Assembly: GCF_021869535.1 (NCBI RefSeq) | Contig: NW_026262734.1 | Coordinates: 35,650,001 to 35,714,000 of the forward strand | Reading direction: 5' to 3' | Source of the DNA: Mytilus californianus | Taxonomy: Eukaryota | DNA: 64,000 bases | Shown: in pieces, positions 39,901 to 51,900 of the stretch | Layout of the letters: each line of letters starts with the position of its first letter | Position numbering within the stretch: the first letter of the stretch is position 1 | Notes under the pieces: model-generated | Seen by the model: only the letters and a program-made list of their open reading frames with translations | What the model was told of the DNA's origin: nothing | Database searches by the model: none | Program-made: the position numbers and the translations under genes

Positions 39901-42900
39901 TACAGTGATGTGGACAGGTTGTGTTTTGCCATCCAGAAAATGTTTGACATAGCTGCGGTAACTTCCTTCTCGTGAGTTTTGTTGGCTGTAGCAATGCCTT
40001 GGTCCCAGTCAGTTCTCATGATCTTGGCTTGAATGGCCTTCTTATGGTCGGCGCTCTTTATGTGTTTTTGGATGTTGTCTTTTAACATCGTCTGGATTCA
40101 ATCGTAAACGAATTAATCATTTTGGCTGTTTTGCAGTCTTTGCAGTACATTGCGTCGGTATCTGCGTCAAAGTCAATGCATGGGAAAATCTTTGACCATT
40201 GTGGTTTAAATTTTGAATTCTGAAGACGATCTGATCTAGATTTCTTGTTACTGGTTTGAACTTTAGCCGGAACCTTTGACCCCGGGTCATGTGATGAAGT
40301 GAAGAAGTTTGTAATCATGGCGGATTGTAACGTGACAATCGTGAATAATTGTGGAGTTCATAATGTTTGGCTATTTATTACAACCAAAGGCATTTTGAGA
40401 AATTTGAGTTGTTTGTCTAACTATGAGCAGTCTACTCATGATAGCATCCAAGCAGACTTTAATGTTCCCGTTGATTGAATGATTACTTAAATGGATTATT
40501 TATGAGAACCGTTAATGACCCAATTATCGGATTATCTATACCAACAGTTTATGACACCTGTTGAAACCATTAATTAGCTTGGGGTCATAAACTTGTCTGA
40601 AACATGTAACAAGGTAACTTTAAGTGAAAATTTTATGGCGAAAATTTTTATACTTTAAAAATTTTAAGTGACGAAATTGATTTGAAAAACTTTCGTCATT
40701 TCGAAAATCCTTTCGTATTTTGCGAAAGTGACGAGCGCTAGCAAAATCACTGGTCAGAAGCAACTTTTATTAAAATTTGATGGGTGGCAGTTATTTTAGA
40801 CAGATAACCTCAACAGTTATATGATGGAATCATTTAAAATTTTATTCATGGCAGGGTTAAATAAAAAGTGCCTTCTGATCCTCCCATATGTTTATTTCTG
40901 GAAGAGCCCTTATTTGTAAACCAATTTTGGTTCTGTGGTTGATTGGAAGAATTTAGTCCATATACTTTGCAGGAGATGACCACCTTATCCATAAACCACC
41001 ATATGGCCCTCATTGCTGTGAACTGTTTATCATATGAAAATGACATAATTAACATGATTAAAGTTAAAAAAAAAATATTTTTCTATCATAATCACTTTCT
41101 AAATTTCTAATTCTACATTTCTAAATGAAATTTAAATATTATACAAATAATTGTATGACTAAAATTAAAAATATTTATGGGTATACTTTGAAGGAGTATT
41201 ATTAACTGGAGGAAAAGACTGAAAAAGGATTTCAACTTAGAGGATAAAGAAGACAAACCTGTGTAAGTACTTTGTATATAAATATGTGTAGAATATTGCT
41301 TATTGTATTCCATATTAAAAACAATATTATTCCAAGATTGTTGTATTTTTTATCATCTCTGAAAATAATTATTAGGATGCATATAGTCATCTTGTTGTTT
41401 ATCATAGACTTTGCAATTGCATCCCGTGGGGGCAATGGAATCATTTTGTGATCTTTGCTAACTTTGCTTGCAGTACTTGTATTTCTGGTTGTTTTTCTGT
41501 CAGTGTGATGTTTGAGAAAACATCTTATGGCTGTGCTAGCTTAAATTTGCTTGGTTTTGTTGAGTTATCATTGAATTGTCGTTGGATCGATGTATATCCT
41601 TCATGTCCGTAAACATGAAATAGAGCATCAGCAAAAGTAAGTTGGTTTAAAGTATACATTTATCATATTTATATCCTACACAAAATTATCTTTTAACTAT
41701 AATCAATGTATTATTTACACATAATTTTAAAGCAACATTGCTTTTCATTGCTTAATTTGATATAAAAATATATGACATCAGCATAAAAATTCTATAAATA
41801 GACATAAAACATATATAGCAAAAATCACCGAAGAGCTTCCTGACTTGGTACAGTTAGAGAATTAAGTGGTTGGCTTCAACTAGTTTTATGCCATCTAATA
41901 TCTCGGACAGTGGTGGAACAAATACCACAGTTAAAAGTTCACATATTAAAAGACAACATAGATGGAAATATGGCTGCTACTGGCACATTCACTGCCTGCT
42001 TTCTATACTAGATGAGAATGTAAAAAAATGTAGCAAAGCCCTTTGTTTTATTAGGTTATAACACAAAGATTGTTTTTTATACCATAATTATTCTCAGTTA
42101 TATTTCAGGAAAGAAGAAGAAAAAGAAGAAAAGGAAGAAGATTCAGAGGATGATGAGGCAGAGTTGTTAAAGAAAATTGCAATGGCTGAGGAGGAGGAGA
42201 AAAAGGCATTAAAAAGGTCAGTTTCTGGTTTAACCTTTGCTACAGCAAATAAAATATACATATCATATTAATATTTTAAACTAAATAAGATCAAGTATAT
42301 TAAAATTTTCTCATAATTCCTCATTTCCCATATGGAGATGAAGAACAGCAATAAAAGTGCTGTACCTTTGCTTTTTGTGTGTTTTTTGCTGTGCATGTAC
42401 TGCTTTTGTGACACGGATGGATACCCCATATCCTTTGTTTTATATTACATATATATATATATGAAGCTTTTCCTAAAATCGCAATTATTAAACTCGCATT
42501 TTTGTTAATTCTTCAAAAATCGCAATAATTTCTGAATTTACAGTACATATTTTCTATTTTTTGTCTGTGTTAGACATTCACAGAATGAATGGAAATATGA
42601 CTGATTGCATCTCTCTTATCAGCCACTGAGTTCAATAAATAAATCAAAGCTTTAAGATTTTTTTCAAAACTTGCTTGTAGAGAACAACTCCCACTGACTT
42701 AGAATGGCTTTCAATATTGAGGGATGAGCAATACTTGGGGATGATATTATTCAGATCTGCACGATTAAACTTTTGAATTGTAATAAATCAATATGCATTC
42801 ATTTTAATTGTAGGAAAATAAAAAAGATTAGAAGGGAGAAAGCCAAGTTAAGAAGAAAGATTGACCTGAAAATGATAATACCTGGTGATAGACATGACTT

Positions 42901-45900
42901 TGTCGATGATATTGGAATGTTTAACTTACAGAAAATCAAAAATAAAACAGTATGTATATTTGGAAAGTATTTACAGCCTATCTCAGGTGTACCATATACA
43001 TTTATGGTACAATGTGTCATATTGATATTTCCCTGACTTTTATTGCCCCTCCCAATAGAGAGGATGCAACTTTTGAAGACTATGTTATAAATAATAACGA
43101 TTCACCATAAAAGTTCGAAATGTAAAAACTGTCAACACAAAAGCTAATTGCAAGTATATGAGGATTGGAACATATCAAAGAAAAATAATTTATGTACCCT
43201 TACTTGGGTATACATGTTATCTTATTCTAAATGCAATGAAATTGCTATCTAGTTATGATCTTTATTTTCCAAAATTGAAATTCATTTGGAATTCCCACTC
43301 TTTTGATTCGAGCGTAACTAATGAGTCTTGTATATGACTTCATGACATATGGTATCGCAAGCTTAGACGAGGGTTTATAATGTGTTGGTTTACCTATCCG
43401 CTGACCTGATTGGAAGCAAAAAGTACGAAAACTATGTGTCAACATAAGCCAGAAGTTTTGAAGGTGGAAAATGCGAAAGGAAACCTACATGACTGTGAAA
43501 ATAAATCTAATTTCAAATGGTATAACACTCAACCAGAGACCAACTGACAATACTTGTATTACTAGAAGTCATCTCCAAAGACAGATTTAGGGGGGCAGGG
43601 GACCTTGGTCCCCCTTATGGAGCTACATATATGGTTGATGTATAGACTTTTTACTTGTCTCACTCCAAATGTTGCCTAGTTTGGGCCCCCTTTTTCAAAA
43701 TCCTGGATCTGCATCCGATCTTTACCTTAAAATGCAGCTTTGTCCTTTAGAATGACTTGGATTAAGAAGTGTAATTTATGACTTACTTTGCTATACATAG
43801 ATTTAAAATAATAATTAAATTCTAATTGAAATATACACTAATAATACAGTAAGAGGCAAATTTTCAGATGTTAAAGATTTAGAGCTATTTTCCTAGGGCT
43901 TGTAGTTTAAATGTTTGGTTGGCTTGCTTGCTTTGTTTGTATAAATGTTTACTCAAGCATTGTAATTAAGATTGACATCTACAATCAATATAGATAGGCA
44001 GGGCTTGCATCAGCTTGTGTTCATTATTCTCTGTATTATACTTAACATCCAATAACATTTAAGTATAATGTATACAAGATGAAGCCCCGCCTATCTACTG
44101 ATTGCAGATGTCAATCTTAATTACAATGCTTGAGCAAACATTTATACAAACAAAGCAAGCAACCCCACCAAACCTTTAAACTACAAGCATTAGAAAAATG
44201 GCTCTAAACAGATTTCATGATTATAGGAGATGTTTGGTTTATGTGAATGAGACAGCTATTCAATGGCATGTTAAGATACCTTGTGGTAATATTTGTAATG
44301 TTTGTTATGTGCTAAACAGTCTTCACCAATTGTCTAGCGTCGATACAATATGTTTATTTCTATAAAGTCCAAGAGTCCAGAATAGCCATGAATAAATTTT
44401 TAAAAGACTATCTCTATCTAAGATCTGCCATCAATGCTAAATTCCCTAAATAACAAAAAATGTACAACTATAAAGAACCACTGAAATTCTGTTGTAAGCA
44501 TAGAATTGATATGACCAATAAAAAAGAATAGTCTATTTTCTTTAGAAAATATTTTTTCAATCTTAAGCAGAAATTCTAGGTCATGTTAGTGCTGCAAATT
44601 ATCAATACTGTGGATTCATTTATTTTCGTGGGGTGTCAATTTTCGGCGATTATGGAAATCTTGCATTTTCGTGGCTATTTAATTTCGTGGTTTTTCCAAA
44701 GTCTGCATACAACCTTATATAAAATGTGTCTTTTGTTGAACATTAAAATTCGAGGTTCATCTGTACCAATGAAATCCATAAGAATTGGTATCCAACGAAT
44801 AATAATGAATCCACATTATTATGTTTTTTACATATTAATATATGGTTGACTTTGTAATTGATGTTCTAACAAAAGTGAAAATTGAAAAGTAGAAGAATTA
44901 AGGGAATATTGAAAAAGGGAATATGAGTTATAGTTGCATGGATTTACTGTTATGTACATAAATAAAAAGTGTTAGCTAGTCTTGTTATTAAAATAATGCA
45001 TTCATATCTAAATATTAAAGCTTTTACAAGAAGAAAAAGAAAATGAATTTTTAAAACTAATATTAAAGAAATAACAAGGAATTTCCACAAAAAGCAATGA
45101 TATTTCTAATTTTTAGCAATTGGATAATGTTGAAGAAGGTGATACAATGATTGCTGATGAGTATGCTGCTGAACAAGACATAGAAGAAGAAGATCTTAAT
45201 GCTCAACAGAAAAAACTTACGTTCGATCGAGAGGACAAGGAGCACCTAGATTCTGATCTATACTCGTCTGGTGAGGAAGGAGAGGATGAGCCAGAATTCG
45301 ATGAAATGGATGATGATAACGATGAAGAGATTGAAGGGTATGTTTACAAAATTTATTTCGGCAGAAATAATGCAGGCTATATATTGGTTTATGTCTGTGA
45401 TTTTGTTTTGCAGCCTGTATCTAATGTGTAAGCAATGTAACATTGATGTAAAAAAAATAGATTTTCTTATAAAAGTGAATGAAAAAATAAACTGGAATTT
45501 CTTGAAAAGTGACAGTAAAAAGACTAAAATTTCATTGTACATTTCTTCCTGCAACATACACCTGGTAAAAATATAGCTCTAATGATGACTCGTTGTAGTG
45601 ATTTGGAAGCAGAGGATAATGATGATAATCCATTGCTGGTCAAAATGGAAGGTAGAGACCAAAGGACAGAGAAAAAACTAAATAGTTGGTTCAGTAAGGT
45701 ATGTGAATTATTTGAAGTACATTTTTTTCAATATTGATATTTTCTTACCCGAGACGAAAGTCGCGGAAGGTGAGACATAGGTATCGTTTTTCCAGCGACG
45801 ATCGATCAACAATTGTTAAGTTAGTTTGATAAGACCTATTTGAGATAGATCAATGATATTTTGTATGAAGTTGCATTACTATCAATATATATCAGTTTGA

Positions 45901-48900
45901 CAATTATTTTGAGGCCCTGTTCCCTAGGTCATGGTCCAGTGACTTTCAATTAATTGGCAATTTTCAATGTTAAGTTTTTTTTTGTTAAGTTAGTTTTATA
46001 GGAACTACTTGTGATAGATCAATGGTATTTTCTATAAATTTGCATTACTATCAGTTCATATCAGTTTGACGACTACTTCGAGGCCCTGCCTCCTAGGTCA
46101 TGGTCCAGTGACTGTGAATTAATGAGCAATTTTCAATGTTAAGTTTTCTGCTTAAGTCAGTTTGATAGGAACTACTTACAATAGACAACGATATTTTCTA
46201 TATAAAGTTACATTACTGTCTGTACAGTGTACATCTCAGTTTGTTGACCATTCCAAGGCCCTGCCCACTAATTCATGGTCAAGCGACTTTGAAATGATGA
46301 GCAATGTTGATGTACAGCAGATTGTCTTTTTCTTAATTTTATGCTGACAGGCGAGACATATCTCGGTGTCAACAGTTTATTATAAGAGAAAGAGAGATTT
46401 TCAATTTAGTTTTATTAGAGAGAGAGAGAGAGTGATAATCATCTTGGTACTTGATTAGCTTAAATGGTCAGCATAAGTAACTTCAGTGTTCCAGCTAGGC
46501 TGTTTTCACAGGGCGGTCCGCCCGCCCTTTCCCAAGTGCCGCCCTGTGCCTTTTTTTACAGTTTCCAGGGTGCCCTGCCTTTTTGAAGATCGATTGTATA
46601 TTATTTTGTTCGTATTGATATGATCCGCCAATTACGAAAATTTACCTGGCGACAAGTATATGACTTTGTTTACGACCCCAAGCTAATCAACGGTTAAAAC
46701 AGGTGTCATAATCCGTTGTTATAGGTAATCCGTTTATCGGATGGGTCATTAATGATCATCAACAGTAATTCATTCAAATAGAATCGGTAAGTCGGCATTT
46801 GTCTTTGAATAAATATTAATACAACTTGGGCACTGTTTACCGTAGTTTCATGGAGAAAATGTAATTGACAGAAAGTCGAAAACCATAATCAACTGGTTAA
46901 AAACATTGCTGTTATTGTTTACCGTGAAATAAATAGCAAATTCAGACGTATTTGTCATTGACTGCCCTCATTTTTTATACGAAAATAACAAAATAGGCTG
47001 CCATATTGTTGATCGTATATACATCTTCTACGTACTGTTTATAATCCTCCAAAGAAGGAGCACACCAAAAATAAAGAAAGATAACTCAATCTTATTTTTT
47101 CTTAGCATTGAGTAACCTACTTAAGATATTATAAAATATGTCTACACACTTCTGGCTTTAGAATTTATATGTTTAGGTATTTTGAGTTATGGGAAAAGTT
47201 AAAGAGGGTCTTAGTAGCAGGGTTGGTAGGGTGCCTTGGTCATCTTTTTCTGCATTCTTTATTTTTAATCCCAATTTTCACTGTTCATTATATCCTAACA
47301 TTGTGCATTTACAGCTGTTTTGTGCTGTATTGCCATTAAGCACAGAAGAGGTAGAAAGGTGAAACTTGTAAAGTGTGTCAGACCATAGAAACAGAATGAA
47401 GCAGGACACACTGCATATAAAGCTTAACTGTGCCAAGCAATGACTTGAAACTTGTGTGACAAGCTGCTTGACAAGTTTTCAGCCTAAAAAGTAGAACGAT
47501 AGAGTTTTTCTATGAGCTAATGATGTTGTTCTTGTATATATATAACCAGTGATTCAATGAATAAACAATGTTTGATAATTATCTTTATTAAAACATGCCC
47601 TTTTCATATTATCATATCACGCGTTAAATGCCCTTTTTCAGGATTGGCACCCTGCCCTTTTGAAATCCTAGCTGGAACACTGAACTTGAATGTCGGAAGA
47701 TTTTGAAATCTACTTTGTCTTTAACTTTGAGCATAAACTCACACATAACAGAAAAGAGCCTTGGATTGTTAATTTATTACCTCACATTAAAAAAAAACCT
47801 GATTTAGTCCTGCATAAATGTTTCTATTATATTCTACATTTCTGTAGATCTCTTTCAGTTTTGTGCTTTTTGTATGGCATGCAGAGTTACCTTGGCAATG
47901 GGATATGTTGTTTTTAGATTTTATTGCTCAGATTGCTTTGAGGTTACTTGACAGCTTTTTAATGTAAAAATTGGATTGTTAATATTTCATAATATATGCA
48001 CATGATATAAGCATTTAATAGCTGATATGAAAATATCCTAATGTATGGTAGCAGCTCAATAGTTAATTTGCCATTTCAGAATCTAAAGCATTCTGGGTAA
48101 CTTTTTTAAATGAAGCACACAAAAATTGTTATTGGTTTAACAACAACCACAACAATTGACAATCAGCCATTGGTGCAATGTCATTTTCATTTTTGGTGCA
48201 GACAAACATTGAAGTTACCGATAGTCCTTTAGATCTTGAAAATAACTTACTGATATTTTTGGTTTAATTTGCAGGATGTATTTGCTGATCTTGTTGATGA
48301 TGATCATGAAGACATTGAATTAAAAACAATGGCTAAGGAATATGTTAAAAAGGGTGGTAAAATTCTTGACCAAAAACCAAGTGTAAAATTAGCTGAAACT
48401 GACACTGACAACAAAAAATCCAGTGATACATTGACTAATGGCAAACCTTCAAGTGATTCAAAAACTAAAAAACAGTTGGACGATTCAGATGATAGTGGTT
48501 TGTCAGATGACAGTGATACTGAAAGTGAAAGTAGTAGTGATAGCAATGCTAGTGACAGTGATTATGATACTTCAGAACTTTATAGAAAGGAAAAGGAAAG
48601 TAGAAAAAAAGAAAAGGCACAGACAAAAAAGGATGGTTTTGAAACAGTGCCAGTAGATTCAGGTAAAATATTATGTATTGTATTTCCTCTGTATAATAGA
48701 TTTTGCATTTGCATATTATAGTCTGTCCATCCTTTTACATTTGAATGATAGTCTGATTTATCATGGAATTTAATCATAATTTTATTATCTGAAACATAGC
48801 ACAGTGAAAGTGAGCTCTGTATGTTCCAACTTAATGATGTTCTAGAGATTTAGAGTTATGTTGATGTAAAAAAAAAATGTGTATTTTTCCACATTGAGCA

Positions 48901-51900
48901 GTAACAGAAGTCAACTTGTTATTTTACAATTGTAGAGGGCATAATCTTTATATTTTCTGATAATTTCTTTTTTCAATAGCCGTAAAGTGAAAATTTATTT
49001 TTTAAACCTTTTTCACTGACACATTGAGATTTTGCATCTAAATGGGAATTTTATGTTCCAGTTGGATAGGGGGACATAGATTCATACGTATATACTTTTT
49101 TAAAGTCAGTGATTTAATATGAAATATTAAATAAGCAGAAAGAAAATTTGTTCATTAAACTTATTTTGAAATATGAGGCAATTTATTTGATAATTCTTCA
49201 TTGTAGCAGCCAATATCCCGAAGTTAAATGCAGTAGGATTAGCTATTGGTGCTGCCATGGTAACATCAAGGAAGAGAAAACGTGATATTGTTGATGATGG
49301 ATATCATAGGTAGGACTCTACGATGATCTTTTTAAGCTTTGTGAAAGTAGGAAATCCACCTTAAGAAAGTTATGTTGGTTTTTTTTTTTTTTGCCGTATG
49401 ACCTTTTTCTCAATGTTTTACTGATATTATGCATTACTTGTTGCTGTTGAACGAAGGTTCATTGTGATGGAAAAGCGGTGGAAGTATATCTAAGTAATTA
49501 TGATACATAGTAACTGTATTCTTGGTTGATAGTTAGCTTCGTAAAATTCAGTGTTTCACAATTTTTATACGACCGCAAAAATTGAAAATTTTTTGGTCGT
49601 ATATTGGTATGACGTTGGCGTCGTCCAGCCTAGTCCGAAGACACATTGGTTTTCGCACTCTAACTTTAGTTTAAGTGAATGGATCTCCATGAAATTTTAC
49701 CATAAGGTTCAATACCACGAAAGGAAGGTGGGGATTGATTTTGGGGGTTATGGTACCAACAGTTAAGGAATTAGGGGCCAAAAAGGGACCAAAAATAAGC
49801 ATTTTTGTAACTTCCAGACAATAACTTGTGTGTAAGTGTATGGATCTCTCTGACATTGTACCACAAGGTTCCATATCACAAAGGGAAGGCTGTAATTGAT
49901 TTTGGGGGTAATTGCCTCAAAATTTTAGGAATTAGGGGCCAAAAAAGGGGCAAAAAAAAAGCATTTTACTAGTTTCAGTGTTCCAGCTAGCATGAAATGG
50001 AGGGGCGCCGCGCCCCGCCCCCGAAATTTTGCGCCCCTCTGCCTTTTTAAGCGCCCCTCTGCCCTTCTGATGCGCCCCTCTGTGCCCTTTTGAAAAAAGT
50101 TTAAAAAACAATCTTTTTTCCTCATATCATCGCCATTTTGTTGAGTTCTTTATACACACACTTCATTAAGACAACAGATTGAAACTGTTGACACTTGTTA
50201 CCTGTATATAATCACCTATTTGATTAGAGTCAATTACTTAATCAGGTGAAATTTACGACCCTGTCTAATCCCTTTGCCCTGAAGCACCAAACATCCAAGT
50301 TAAATGAATTGATTTTTTAACACCTGACGATGCAATATAGAATTTATAAAATAAATGTGACGATGTTCATTTCTATCGTATTTGTTATTTATAAAATAAC
50401 GTTCATTAAAAAAGAATCATTCCAATAGTATATCGTAAATCGTCAACACGCAAAATGCCGACGAAAAAATGAAAAATTTACCGACTCGAAAATGAAAAGA
50501 AGCAAAGACTTGCCAGTCTATTACATCTTTTTTCAAGAATAATGACCATCAAAGGTAAAAAAATAATTTGATTCTTTACTTTTAAGAAAAATCGAGAAGA
50601 AGAAAGGTTTCTATCAGATATCGCAATTGTTCTTCTATTGTAAATTCCGCCGATTACGGAGCACTCGAAAGTCCGATTTTTATATCATTTTTCTTAAATT
50701 GAAATCCGTTTTGACTAACTTTAATATTGATATTATTAGATACGCTCAACATGAAATATACGGAGATGCTTGTTGAATTGATAATAAACTTTCAAAGTTG
50801 AATTAATTTATTATTGTGCCGATTACGGAGCTCTGGAAAGTCCGATTTTTGTATCAATTTTCTTATTGAAATCCGTTTTGACAAACTTATTGATATTATT
50901 AGATACGCTCAACATGAAATATACGGAGATGCTTGTGTGGAGAAAACTGTCAATTTGTTGACAACAAGAAAGACCCAGAATGACCCATGGCTTCAAAAAG
51001 AGGAACATTTTTTAAGAAGCACATGTAACATTACTAACCCACCCCCAGTAGATAACGACACTAAAGTCAGAGAGTGCTTTCTCAATGGATTAATTGAAAA
51101 TATAACAATTAGATTTATGGATGCTGACACAATCCATCAGTTGGCCATTTTAGACCTTACAGGAACAGACAACATTGAAACAATGTATGGTTTTACAGAG
51201 ATAGAAGCTCTGGCAAATACATTTGACATGGACCCTGAAACTCTCCTTATTCAATGGCAGGAATTTATAGCTCTTGTGTCATCAGCAGAACTTACAGATC
51301 GTTCCTTACCTAGTCTGCTAGAGCTATTTCATTCACCTTGTCATAACCTATTATCTATGTACCCTCTTGTTGCAAAACTATTCAGTGTTGCAATAATACA
51401 ACCACTCAGTACAGCAGAGGTGGAGAGAATATTCTCTCAGGTCAAATTGATAAAGACAAGTCACAGGGCAAACTTGAAAACACAGACATTAACAAAAATA
51501 TTAACTGTAAAATTAAACTGTGATGAAACTAAATTTGAAAAAATTCATGATCAATGTGTGACAACCTTCTTCAAAAAGAAAAACAGAAGACTTGTCAATG
51601 TTGTTTAATATTTATTTGCATTTGAACTCTTCTTTGAAAAAATCTGTAGTTCTGAAAGAGAAATGAATATAGTAATGACTATTAGTGCTCTCAGTTTGAT
51701 TTTATTCTAAATAAATGATTTTTAAACTGGTATATAATAGTATAGAGTATTTAACTTAGCTACATGCTTGCTAAAAATATGTCATTATGTTGTAATATTA
51801 AGTATTTGAATTTTTTCAGTGAGAACGCGCTAAAGTGCCCTTTTTTAAAAACGCGCCCCTCTATTTTCAAATCCTAGCTGGAACACTGAGTTTCATGACA

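Larger units (their letters stand above)
38397..40912. mobile_element. Small MITE split by the hAT at 38434-40752
   Basis: TAGGGCTTTTCCAGAA..GGGGGTCAGAA (38397-38433) and its inverse TTCTGATCCTCCC..TTCTGGAAGAGCCCTTA (to 40912). Confidence 0.7.
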
